NCBI RefSeq assembly: GCF_000189555.1
Contig: NC_017276.1
Direction: 5' to 3' (one strand)
DNA from: Saccharolobus islandicus REY15A
GTDB lineage: Archaea; Thermoproteota; Thermoprotei_A; Sulfolobales; Sulfolobaceae
DNA length: 64,000 nt
Within the stretch, counting starts at the first letter, position 1. Each line of letters begins with the position of its first letter. Under the pieces are notes generated by a model that ran no database searches, was not told where the DNA came from, and saw only the letters and a list, made by a program, of their open reading frames with translations. The position numbers and the translations under genes are program-made. Shown here piece after piece: positions 22,672 through 32,607 of the stretch.

Positions 22672-24261
22672 ATGCCAGATAAAAACCAATCTGTTTTCAT
22701 AAGACAATCCTCTGGTTTAGTAAGAGAAGTTAGTCCTTGGGCATCATTCTTCGCTACATTTGGACTGGTAACGGGTGGAATACCTATATTAATAGTATCA
22801 TGGCTTTATCTCGCTCCGGGGGCAAATTGGACCTTATCTTACTTAATATCACTATTACCCACTTTAGGAATGGCATTTCTTTTTTACGTTGCGTCAATCT
22901 CAACTCCTAGATCAGGTGGAGATTACGTATTTCAAGCTAGATCATCACATCCCCTAGTTGCATTTGTCAATTATTGGGCGTTATGGATAGCCTTTGCGCT
23001 ATCCTTGGGATTATATAGCTATTTAGGCGCGCAATGGTTTGCTTATTTATTTAGTGGCTTAGGGCTTTTTTACAATGATCAAGCATTAATAAACTTAGGC
23101 TCGTTTTTTACCACAACTCTAGGAAGTGTAATAGTAGGTATTATCATATTGATTATGGGAGCAATCGTAGCCTCTATAGGAAAATACGGTTGGAGTTTTG
23201 TATTTGTAACTGGTATTATATCGATACTCTCAACGATTGTAACATTCGTGGCTTTAGCCCTAATAAGTCCTTCACAGTTCTCTAGCGCATTATCGTCTTT
23301 TACTGGAGTAAACAATGCATATGACGAAGTAATATCAACCACTACTTCAAATGGCTTAAGTTTCGTATCACCATTTTACGGAGCCTTACTAGCAATTCCA
23401 GTAGTATGGTATTATTATGTGTGGTATAATTTACCAGCATCTTGGAGTGGAGAGATGAAGAAAATAAAGTATAATTCACTACTAGGTATAGTGGTTGCAG
23501 TACTATTCATAGGAGTCTACTATATTCTATTTACCTCCCTTAATCTCCACGCCTTTGGTGAGAGATTTTTAACATCTTGGTCATACATTTCCGCAAATTC
23601 GTTAAATAGTACAGTTTATAATGATTTAAGTACCATGGGTACGTTCACTCCCTTTTTCGCCTTATTAGTAAACCACAACGTATTCTTATACATTATAATG
23701 TGGATAGCATTTTGGCTACCCAATTTCTATAGCAATCCTCCCTTAGTTGTTTCCCTAACTAGATATCTCTTTGCATGGGCGTTTGATAGGATAATGCCAG
23801 AGAAATTGGCTGATGTAAATGAAAGGTTTCACATACCATTAATCTCTACAATAATTACTGTAATTGTTGGTTTAATAGGAGTACTACTTTACGCATATGT
23901 GTCGTCAATATCAATCGTAGATGTAACAGTGATATTCGAAATAAGCTATGGAATTTTCGCCTTAACTACTGCGTTATCACCTTTCATAAAGAGGAACTTC
24001 TTCAACAGAGCTGTCCCTATTAAAAATATAGGTGGCATTCCCATAGTATCTCTAATAGGGTTTCCAGTATTTGGATTCCTTCTTTACGCGTTATATCAAA
24101 CTTGGGGAAATCCAGTGTTGCTACCAATAAACTTTCCTACAATATTTTCATTAGTAATAATATATGCAAGCGGAATTATGATTTACGTAGCATCATACAT
24201 CATTAATAAGGAGAGAGGAATTCAGATGAACTTGATTTTTGAGGAAATACCACCAGAATAA
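22672..24261 (+). CDS. APC-family amino acid/amine permease (paralog of 19399-20958)
   Basis: Start reassigned to ATG 22672 ([19 protein letters not shown]) by alignment with the paralog; [23 protein letters not shown]. Confidence 0.92.
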   Translation: MPDKNQSVFIRQSSGLVREVSPWASFFATFGLVTGGIPILIVSWLYLAPGANWTLSYLISLLPTLGMAFLFYVASISTPRSGGDYVFQARSSHPLVAFVNYWALWIAFALSLGLYSYLGAQWFAYLFSGLGLFYNDQALINLGSFFTTTLGSVIVGIIILIMGAIVASIGKYGWSFVFVTGIISILSTIVTFVALALISPSQFSSALSSFTGVNNAYDEVISTTTSNGLSFVSPFYGALLAIPVVWYYYVWYNLPASWSGEMKKIKYNSLLGIVVAVLFIGVYYILFTSLNLHAFGERFLTSWSYISANSLNSTVYNDLSTMGTFTPFFALLVNHNVFLYIIMWIAFWLPNFYSNPPLVVSLTRYLFAWAFDRIMPEKLADVNERFHIPLISTIITVIVGLIGVLLYAYVSSISIVDVTVIFEISYGIFALTTALSPFIKRNFFNRAVPIKNIGGIPIVSLIGFPVFGFLLYALYQTWGNPVLLPINFPTIFSLVIIYASGIMIYVASYIINKERGIQMNLIFEEIPPE

Positions 24262-24339
24262 GTTAACTCTTTTCTTTATTCTTTCATCTTCTTTTTAGAT
24301 ATTTAATTTTAAATATGAGTTAATGCGAGTCTAACACTT

Positions 24340-25314
24340 GTGGGACTATTCAAAAGAAATAATCCAGATTCAAATAAGATAGGGGGCCTTAAGATACTGT
24401 TTACCAGTGACCTTCACGGTTCCGAAACCGCTTTTAGAAAATTCCTTAACGCTGCTTTAATGACGAAAGCTGATACGTTAATTATAGGAGGAGACCTAGC
24501 CGGTAAATCACTAGTTCCAATAATAGATATCGGAGATGGTAAGTTTAAGGTAGAAGATAAGACTGTGGGAAAAGAGGGTTTGGATGAAATTATTAAGAAA
24601 TATAAATCTTCTGGAGTTTATTACACAATAGTTGATCAAAAGGGCCTTACAGAACTGAATGAGAATCGAAGAGCATTAGATGAGGAATTTAGGGGGGTAA
24701 TACTAGAGAGATTAGAAGAATGGGATAGGATAGCCCAAGAAAAATTGAAAGGAACTAATCTAAAAATATACACTAACTTAGGCAATGACGATCCCCTATA
24801 CATGTTTGATGTTATAGGAAAGAGCGAAAGAATGGTGAAATGTGAAGGAGAAATTGTGAATATAAATGGATACGAGATGATCACTTTCGGCTATGTCAAT
24901 CCCACACCTTGGAACACTCCAAGGGAAATGACCGAAGATGAGATCTACTCTAACCTAAAGCAAATGATAGAGAAAGTTGAGAATCCTGCAAAGGCAATTT
25001 TCAACTTACATGCCCCACCATATGGTACAAATTTAGATAATGCCCCCTTATTAGATAAAACGTTAAAGCCTGTGGTAAAAAACGGTGAAATAGTGATGAC
25101 ACACGTAGGCTCTACTTCAATAAGGAAATTGGAGGAGGAATTTCAACCTTTATTGGGTATTCATGGACATATTCATGAATCAAGGGCATTTGACAAGATA
25201 AATAAGACTATTATTATTAATCCAGGCAGTGAGTATAATTTGGGAATGCTGCATGCTACTTATATAATTTTGGAAGACAATAAGGTGAAAACGCATCAAT
25301 TTGTTATAGGGTAA
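24340..25314 (+). CDS. Calcineurin-like metallophosphoesterase (Icc-related)
   Basis: SDLHG, GGDL, GNDD, HAPP, HGHIHE motifs. Confidence 0.92.
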   Translation: MGLFKRNNPDSNKIGGLKILFTSDLHGSETAFRKFLNAALMTKADTLIIGGDLAGKSLVPIIDIGDGKFKVEDKTVGKEGLDEIIKKYKSSGVYYTIVDQKGLTELNENRRALDEEFRGVILERLEEWDRIAQEKLKGTNLKIYTNLGNDDPLYMFDVIGKSERMVKCEGEIVNINGYEMITFGYVNPTPWNTPREMTEDEIYSNLKQMIEKVENPAKAIFNLHAPPYGTNLDNAPLLDKTLKPVVKNGEIVMTHVGSTSIRKLEEEFQPLLGIHGHIHESRAFDKINKTIIINPGSEYNLGMLHATYIILEDNKVKTHQFVIG

Positions 25315-25366
25315 TTATATAACAAACAGCAAGAATATTATTTTATAGAAATAGTCTAAATGTCTT

Positions 25367-26701
25367 TTAACCGTGAAATTCCTTATCGGCCTCCTTTAAT
25401 ATATCATCTATAGCGTTTACGCCCTCATCTACTTCCTCTTTATTTATTATTAATGGAGGAGAGATTATGAACCATGAGGGACCATTATAAACGTAAATAT
25501 TCCTCTCCGTTAATAGTTTTCTAGCTAAGATATCGACGAGCGTGGATTTACCTTCAAACTTATCCTCATACCCTCCAAATGGAGAATTATTCTTATCCTT
25601 TACCAACTCAATTGCCCAGAATAACCCGACACCTCTCACGTCACCAATACTTCTATGCCTCTCCTTCAATTCTTGAAGTCTTTTACCCAAATAGTTCCCC
25701 ATTATTTTCACATGGGAGAGAATGTTAAGCCTTTCATACTCCTCTATTACTGCAGGAATGGCAGACAATGAAACTGGATGAGCCTCAAAAGTATGTCCAT
25801 GAGCGAAAACTTCATCTTCAAAGAACTCTCCTATCTCTTTACTTACACCAGTAATTCCTATTGGAACATAAGATGTGGAAGCGCCTTTAGCAGTAGTCAA
25901 TATATCTGGCTCGATATTCCATAAGTTTACGGCAAACCATTCCCCTACTCTTCCCCAACCAGTCATAACTTCATCAGCAATAAATAAAACGTCATTCTCC
26001 TTAGCTATTTTCCTCATTAAAGGCATATATTCTTTAGGAGGCACAATAACACCGTTAGAACCAGTTATTGGCTCAACGATCATTGCTCCAACGTTCTTTT
26101 CTTGTCTAATAACGTAATCCACGTAATTCGCACACGCTATTCCACAGTCAGGATATTTCAACTTAAGTGGACATCTAAAGCAATATGGTTCTGGTATTCT
26201 CACAACTCCGGACATAGTATTAGGTTCTACAAACCACCTCCTATAATCTCCAGTAAGAGATATTGATCCTTCGGTGGATCCATGATATGACCTATACCTA
26301 GCTAAAACCTTATATTTAGGCTTCTTGTAAAGTCTAGCTATTTTTATTGCTGCTTCGTTAGCTTCAGTACCAGAAGTAGAATAGAAAAACTTACTAATGT
26401 TTCTAGGCATAACCTTAAGTAAAGCCATAGTGGCCTTAGCCCTAACATCTGCACCGAAAGAGGGATTAATATATTGTAAATTATCCAGTTGTTCTTTTAT
26501 ACTACTTATAACCCTTTCATTTCCATAACCCAAATTTACGTTAACGAATTGTGAGGAAAAGTCTAAGTATTTCTTTCCCTCTACATCATAAAAATAAACC
26601 CCTCTTGCACTTGACACAATTATGGGATCCCAGCCCTTTTGTTTACTCCATGTTTTAAAAGTGTGTTCCTTAATAATCTTCTTATCTTCTGCATCTCCCA
26701 T
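25367..26701 (-). CDS. Class III PLP aminotransferase (omega-amino acid/beta-alanine type)
   Basis: RSYHG, VEPITG, IADEVMTGWGR, TAKGA (PLP Lys), HGHTF. Confidence 0.9.
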   Translation of the reverse strand: MGDAEDKKIIKEHTFKTWSKQKGWDPIIVSSARGVYFYDVEGKKYLDFSSQFVNVNLGYGNERVISSIKEQLDNLQYINPSFGADVRAKATMALLKVMPRNISKFFYSTSGTEANEAAIKIARLYKKPKYKVLARYRSYHGSTEGSISLTGDYRRWFVEPNTMSGVVRIPEPYCFRCPLKLKYPDCGIACANYVDYVIRQEKNVGAMIVEPITGSNGVIVPPKEYMPLMRKIAKENDVLFIADEVMTGWGRVGEWFAVNLWNIEPDILTTAKGASTSYVPIGITGVSKEIGEFFEDEVFAHGHTFEAHPVSLSAIPAVIEEYERLNILSHVKIMGNYLGKRLQELKERHRSIGDVRGVGLFWAIELVKDKNNSPFGGYEDKFEGKSTLVDILARKLLTERNIYVYNGPSWFIISPPLIINKEEVDEGVNAIDDILKEADKEFHG

Positions 26702-26783
26702 ATTTTATTATCTTATAAAACGCATTATAAACTTTTTACATATATAGTTAAAATTAGTACAGAACTATATATCTCTAACATCA

Positions 26784-27989
26784 TTACCGATCTAGAAGTT
26801 CTACAACTTTTTCAAGAACTCTTAGCCCATTTAACATATCCTCATTTGAAGAAAACTCTTCCTTTGCATGGCTAATACCTAAATGAGATGGAATAAATAT
26901 CATTCCAACTTTAGAGATCTTCGTCATATATTGAGCATCATGCCCAGCCCAACTGTACATAAACTTATATCTCATACCCAACTCTCTACAAGCTCTTTCT
27001 ACAATACTAATAACTTCTTCGGAGAAACTTACAGGATTTGCTGTCCACAAATGCCTATATTCAACTTCTAATCTCTCGTCATCAGCAATTCTCTTGGCAA
27101 TCTCCACTAATTCATTTATAGCTTGATCTATCTTATTCCTCTCAATGCTTCTAACGTCAATAGTAAGCCTAACTTCTCTAGGTATAGCGTTATATATATT
27201 TGGTTTAACGTTAAGTATACCTACAGTTGCCCTAAGGTTTTCCTGTCTCTTTGCGTAATCCCTAATGCTGGTTACGAATTTGGAAGCTCCAACTAAGGCA
27301 TCTCTTCTCCTATCCATTGGTGTAGGTCCCGCTTGACTAGATTGCCCCTTAAATGTTATCTCATATACACTTAAACCAGCAATCCCTAAAGGTATTCCAA
27401 TTTGATATCCTTCCTCCTCCAAAACTGGACCTTGTTCTATGTGAAGCTCTAAATAGTACCTAGGCTTTCTATACATTAATCTATTACTCTCATCTCCCAT
27501 AAATCCCGAAGTCCTTAATGCTTCCTCAAAACTCATATTATCCTTATCTCTCCTTGAGTAAACATAATCTTTATCGAAAACTCCAGTGGATAATCCCGAT
27601 CCCAGAAGTGAGGGCTGAAATCTAGCACCCTCTTCATTTGTAAAATCTATAAGTGTAATGGAATGGTTAGATATTCCTCTTTCTTTAGTACTTCGTAATA
27701 CTTCAAGCCCAGCTATAACACCATAAAAACCATCATATTTTCCACCATAAGGCACAGAATCCATGTGTGATCCAATCGCAATGGTATCGTCCAATTTACC
27801 TCCTAATTCTCCAATTATATTTCCGGCATCATCGACCTTTATGTCAACACCTATACTCGATAGAATTTTTATTAGTTCCTCTCTTACTTTTATATCATAT
27901 TCATTTAAAGCAAGTCTCATTACCCCATCTATAGTCCAACCTATATCGGTTAATGAATGAAAAGTTGTCAAGAACCTTTCTGGATCCAT
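26784..27989 (-). CDS. M20-family N-carbamoyl-amino acid/allantoate amidohydrolase
   Basis: GSHMDSVPYGGKYDG, NEEGARF, ELHIEQGP, GHDAQ, SHAKEE. Confidence 0.92.
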   Translation of the reverse strand: MDPERFLTTFHSLTDIGWTIDGVMRLALNEYDIKVREELIKILSSIGVDIKVDDAGNIIGELGGKLDDTIAIGSHMDSVPYGGKYDGFYGVIAGLEVLRSTKERGISNHSITLIDFTNEEGARFQPSLLGSGLSTGVFDKDYVYSRRDKDNMSFEEALRTSGFMGDESNRLMYRKPRYYLELHIEQGPVLEEEGYQIGIPLGIAGLSVYEITFKGQSSQAGPTPMDRRRDALVGASKFVTSIRDYAKRQENLRATVGILNVKPNIYNAIPREVRLTIDVRSIERNKIDQAINELVEIAKRIADDERLEVEYRHLWTANPVSFSEEVISIVERACRELGMRYKFMYSWAGHDAQYMTKISKVGMIFIPSHLGISHAKEEFSSNEDMLNGLRVLEKVVELLDR

Positions 27990-28030
27990 TAAATAATATA
28001 TTAACTATAGGTTAAAAATTCTTCACGATG

Positions 28031-28492
28031 TTATTTAGAGATGTTTAACAAAACTTTGTTTTCCTTTAAGATAATTAATCCCTTCTTCTCTAAGGTCTCC
28101 AAATAATCAGCATACTTAGAACCCAGCGTTCTCTTTATTTCATCTATTGTAGTTTCGCCTCCTGCATTAATAACAAACCTAATGATTTCTGTTTCTACCT
28201 CTTTTCCCTCATTTCTTATTTCCATTCTCTGCTTATATTCTTGATATGATTGCCTATCTAGTTTTCTATAAATTCTTATATGCATTTGATACATAGTTAT
28301 AATCCTATACGCTATATCCAAAGCTTCTTGATCACTTAGCCTTATCCTCTTTTCTCCTAGGTCATCCCCAACTACTATAAAGAATGCTCCTTCATTTATC
28401 TTTCCCTCTCTAATGGTAGGCGGACTTTCCCCAATTCTTATATAAATTTTCTTACCGTCCTTAACGTGAAATTTTCTAGCTATATCTGGCAT
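28031..28492 (-). CDS. Hypothetical protein with probable C-terminal winged helix
   Basis: 153 aa; C-terminal TTIDEIKRTLGSKYADYLETLEKKGLI resembles a wHTH. Confidence 0.75.
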   Translation of the reverse strand: MPDIARKFHVKDGKKIYIRIGESPPTIREGKINEGAFFIVVGDDLGEKRIRLSDQEALDIAYRIITMYQMHIRIYRKLDRQSYQEYKQRMEIRNEGKEVETEIIRFVINAGGETTIDEIKRTLGSKYADYLETLEKKGLIILKENKVLLNISK

Positions 28493-28906
28493 TTATATAG
28501 ATACTGGTTGTGGAAGTTATAAATTAATCTAGCATACATAATTCACATTACCTTGAGAAATATACTTTTAAATACAGTTTATATCATAAAATTATTTTTT
28601 TAATTATTATAAGAAAATAATAGTGTGTAATAAAAAAGAGTAATTTTAGTGGAACTACGAATAAAGAGGTACTAGTGTAGTTAAATAGATATCCCACTTT
28701 TTGAGAAAATATAAATAAATCTATCATTGGTTAAAGTGTTGGATAAGGGTTAATTCGATTTGATGTACCATTAATCCACAAGAATGTGAAAATAAATTTT
28801 AAAGTTAAGTATACATTGTAAATTTAAACTATTTACTAGTATACAGTCCTTTTTAGCAAACTGGTAAACGTAATAGTTTATATATATCTAATTATATTCT
28901 CTCCCT

Positions 28907-30166
28907 ATGAAAGGAAATCTAAGATGGAAGATCGTTCTGATTGTATTCGCGTTAATTATAATAGACTACATAGATAGGGGATTGATAAATACTGCACTAC
29001 CAGTACTAAAAAGTGAATTCCATATAAGTTCTTTTGAAGCTGGAGTAATTGGAGATGGTTTCACTTTTGGATATCTTATAATGAATCCAGTAGTTGGCTA
29101 TTTTTTGGATAAATACGGACCTAAAAGGGTTTTTGGTAGATTTGCAATTCTTTGGGGAGCTGTGCAAGCTATTAATGTTTTCGCTTTCTCGACTCTTTAT
29201 TTTATAGTAACTAGAATATTGTTGGGAATTGGCGAAGCAGTAGGTTTCCCTGGGGTTACAAAGATAACCGCAAATTGGTTAAGAAAAGATGAAAAGGCTA
29301 GAGGTGGTACTATCTCAGATTCTGGAGTAAATTTAGGGATAGTTTTCGGTTCTTTATTTATGTTAGGATTGTTTGCAATAATTCCTAATCAAGATTTAGC
29401 TTGGAGGTTAGGATTTTTGATTAGTGGCCTTTTGGCTATTATTCTCGCCATAATATTAGGTCGTCTCTTGTATGATTTACCAGAGCAACATCCAAAAATT
29501 TCTAAAGAAGAATTAGAATATATTTTATCAGGTAGGGAAAACGTTAGTATGAAAACTAAGCTGTCATTGTCGTATTGGTTAAGAAGTAAAAATTACTGGG
29601 GTTATATGCAAGGTTTAGGAGCACAGGCCGGAATATTCTTCGGTCTATTTACCTGGTTACCTTTATATCTTTTTTATGCTAGACATCTTTCCCTAGCATT
29701 TACATTAGAATACACTGCGTTAATTTGGAGTTTTGGCTTCATAGGAGAAGTAGTAGGAGGTTATGTGGTTGACAAATTAATTAAGAGAAATCCTAATTTA
29801 GGCTTCAAAGTAGGGTTTGCGATTAGCTCCTTGTCTGTAACTATAGGTCTTGCAGCTGCTACTCTAGTTTCCTCACCCATAGAGGCAGTTGAAATATTAA
29901 TGGTAACTTTCTTCTTCCTAAGATGGTCAGGTATTCAGTGGGCTGCACCATCCTTTCTTGTTCAACCTGAATTAGCTGGTCAGTTTGGCGGTCATATTGG
30001 TTTTTGGGAAACTTTATGGGGAATAGTAGTGCCAATAGTGTTTGGTGCTACTGTGGAAGCTACCAAAGAATATCTTTTAGGCATGGAAATTTTAATCGGG
30101 ATAGGTCTTATATACTTCATCGGAACAGTATTAGTAACCACCTATAGGCAAATAAAGGTGAACTAA
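28907..30166 (+). CDS. MFS transporter (anion:cation symporter/sugar-acid type)
   Basis: IDYIDRG, GYFLDKYGPKR, RILLGIGEA..FP, ARGG motifs; about 12 TM. Confidence 0.9.
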   Translation: MKGNLRWKIVLIVFALIIIDYIDRGLINTALPVLKSEFHISSFEAGVIGDGFTFGYLIMNPVVGYFLDKYGPKRVFGRFAILWGAVQAINVFAFSTLYFIVTRILLGIGEAVGFPGVTKITANWLRKDEKARGGTISDSGVNLGIVFGSLFMLGLFAIIPNQDLAWRLGFLISGLLAIILAIILGRLLYDLPEQHPKISKEELEYILSGRENVSMKTKLSLSYWLRSKNYWGYMQGLGAQAGIFFGLFTWLPLYLFYARHLSLAFTLEYTALIWSFGFIGEVVGGYVVDKLIKRNPNLGFKVGFAISSLSVTIGLAAATLVSSPIEAVEILMVTFFFLRWSGIQWAAPSFLVQPELAGQFGGHIGFWETLWGIVVPIVFGATVEATKEYLLGMEILIGIGLIYFIGTVLVTTYRQIKVN

Positions 30167-30168
30167 GA

Positions 30169-31122
30169 TTGTGGAAGGTATTTTTTCTTAATAGAAATTT
30201 CATCAAAGAAAGTGTTAGGGATGAACTTCCTAATTTGTATGAAGTAAAGGTTTTCCCTAAATACGTAGGAATATGTGGGACTGATAAGAATATCTATTTA
30301 GGTAAAAAGCCAGTTAAGGAGCCATTGGTCTTAGGACACGAAATAGCAGGATTAACGGAAAAAGGGGAAAAGGTAGTTGTTTTTCCAAATTATTGGTGTG
30401 GTTATTGTAATAATTGTAGAAGGGGATTTCATAACACTTGTAGGAATAAAATCTCAATTGGAGTTAATACTGACGGCGGAATGGCAGAATACATTAACGT
30501 ACCTAAAGACTTTGTGTTCAGAATACCCGATGACTTAAATTTGGAATTAGGAGCTTTAATAGAACCCACGGCAGTTGCTGTTGCCGCAGTAAATAAGATA
30601 GACAAAGAGATAGGGAAAATAATAATACTAGGGGGCGGTAGTACTGGTACTCTAATATCGATAGTAGCTCAAATAAACGGGTTAGAAGCATTTATTATAG
30701 AGAAGGATAGAAGAAAAGAGGAAATCCTTAAAGAGAAAGGGTTTGAAGTAACTAGTGAATTAGAGTTTGATGATAGAATTGTAGTGATAGATACCATAAA
30801 TAATCAAGAGAGTATAGCAATAGCTCAGACGATTCTTAAAAACTCAGTAGCGAGATCTGAGCTAATAATTACTGGATTAGACGAAGAACAGATTAACTTA
30901 AATAGAGATATTATAGTTAGGAGTGAGGTAACAATTAAAGGTTCGATTATATATGATAGAGATGACTTTTTAAATTCTATAAAAATTATTAGTGGAAATA
31001 GAGAAAAATTCAATAAAATAGTAGATAAGGTATGTTCAATAGATAGTATTAATGAATGTTTCAGAAAATGTGTAATAGAACAACCTAACATAAAAGTCCT
31101 CGTAAAAATGGATCCTATTTAG
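30169..31122 (+). CDS. Zn-dependent medium-chain dehydrogenase (polyol/sugar-acid type)
   Basis: GICGTD, LGHE, CGYCNNC.......C structural Zn site, LGGGSTG; 2 nt downstream of the MFS gene. Confidence 0.9.
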   Translation: MWKVFFLNRNFIKESVRDELPNLYEVKVFPKYVGICGTDKNIYLGKKPVKEPLVLGHEIAGLTEKGEKVVVFPNYWCGYCNNCRRGFHNTCRNKISIGVNTDGGMAEYINVPKDFVFRIPDDLNLELGALIEPTAVAVAAVNKIDKEIGKIIILGGGSTGTLISIVAQINGLEAFIIEKDRRKEEILKEKGFEVTSELEFDDRIVVIDTINNQESIAIAQTILKNSVARSELIITGLDEEQINLNRDIIVRSEVTIKGSIIYDRDDFLNSIKIISGNREKFNKIVDKVCSIDSINECFRKCVIEQPNIKVLVKMDPI

Positions 31123-32524
31123 TGACACTCTCTTTAGATTTCCCACTCATAAAAGAGAATATCATAGCAACTACTATTATTATCGAAGATATGAGAAAAG
31201 CAAAATGTAAGCCATTTACAAATGTTGCACTAACGTCTCCATTTAACGTGGTAGTCCCTATAAATATCTCAAAAGCAACATTCCTTGGTATACTTAAAGT
31301 TGCAACTACTATGCTTAAAACATAGCTTAGAATAGTACCTATGTTACCTAACGTTCTAGATAGCCCAGAAACTGAACCATAATATTCTTTAGGTGCATAA
31401 AACATTATTGCAGTTGAATTGGATGGCCAGAACATAGCAGAACCTATACCAGTGATTGCGCTAATTCCTACAATTAAATAATAATCCGTAATAGGTGTTA
31501 GCAAGAAGAAGTAGAGAATCAAGGTTATAAAAATGAATATTAAACCTATACCGGCAACTACGCCTGGCTTTCCCCTATCCGCAACTTTTCCCATAAATGG
31601 GGCTAGAATGCTAGCAATAACATAACCTGGAGTTAACAGTAACGAGCTATCTAATGGACTAAGTCCTCTAACGCCTTGGAGATACATTATAAGTAAGAAG
31701 CTCAAGGAAAGGCCCCCTATAGCTTGGAGAAAATTAGCTAAGATTGAGTATGTCAAGAGTCTAATTTTGAATACTTTCAAGTTTATTATAGGATATTTAC
31801 TTCTAATTTCATTCAAGAGGAAAAATGGTATTAACACTATACCTAAAATTAGCTCTATAACGCTATCTGTAGAAATTCCAGATGCAGCTATAAACATTAA
31901 TGATAATGAGATTAAACCTAGTGAAATGCCTAATAGAATAGCTCCAGGGATATCTAGTTTCGTATTAATCTTATTAATATCTTTAATATTCATTATGCCT
32001 AAAATTACAGCAGCTATTCCGATTGGTACATTGATATAAAATATGTATTGCCAGCCTAAGAAAGTAGTCAAAACTCCACCTAAAACAATACCTACTAACG
32101 CTCCTATGTTCCAACCTAAACTAGTTATTCCATAAGCCTTACCTCTTCTATCGGGTGGAAAAACATCAGCTACTATGGATGAACTATTAGCCACTAGCAT
32201 TGCTCCTCCGATAGCTTGTATAATTCTAAATATAATCAGCATATCTATATTAGTTGAAATACCGCATAAGGCTGAGGCTGCTGTAAATATTACAAATCCT
32301 AAATTGTAGATCTTTCCTTTTCCAAATAAATCACCTATCCTACCAGCCTGTGTTGATAAAACTGAAATAACTATCATGTAAGCTAAAAGTACCCATATTG
32401 ACGATAATAAGTCGGTATGTAAGCTTGATGTAATAGTAGGTAGTGCCAATAATACTATCGTAGTGTCCACTGCGGCCATTAGAGATCCTAGAGTTAATAT
32501 AAATAATATAGAGTTAATATTCAT
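31115..32524 (-). CDS. MFS DHA2 (14-TM) efflux transporter
   Basis: DTTIVLLALP, GRIGDLFG, RIIQAIGG, FPPDRRGKAYG. Confidence 0.9.
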   Translation of the reverse strand: MNINSILFILTLGSLMAAVDTTIVLLALPTITSSLHTDLLSSIWVLLAYMIVISVLSTQAGRIGDLFGKGKIYNLGFVIFTAASALCGISTNIDMLIIFRIIQAIGGAMLVANSSSIVADVFPPDRRGKAYGITSLGWNIGALVGIVLGGVLTTFLGWQYIFYINVPIGIAAVILGIMNIKDINKINTKLDIPGAILLGISLGLISLSLMFIAASGISTDSVIELILGIVLIPFFLLNEIRSKYPIINLKVFKIRLLTYSILANFLQAIGGLSLSFLLIMYLQGVRGLSPLDSSLLLTPGYVIASILAPFMGKVADRGKPGVVAGIGLIFIFITLILYFFLLTPITDYYLIVGISAITGIGSAMFWPSNSTAIMFYAPKEYYGSVSGLSRTLGNIGTILSYVLSIVVATLSIPRNVAFEIFIGTTTLNGDVSATFVNGLHFAFLISSIIIVVAMIFSFMSGKSKESVTK

Positions 32525-32607
32525 CGCTTCTAAACTGATACGTGAGATCTTAAAAAGTTTACTTAATAAATGGTAAACCTAATAATTGTTAACGAATTGA
32601 TAAATTA

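Noticed and set aside
28493-28906. AT-rich 400-bp gap upstream of the MFS/dehydrogenase operon as a possible ARA-box promoter or gene remnant
   Set aside because: No AACATGTT-like box and no coding remnant was recognisable.
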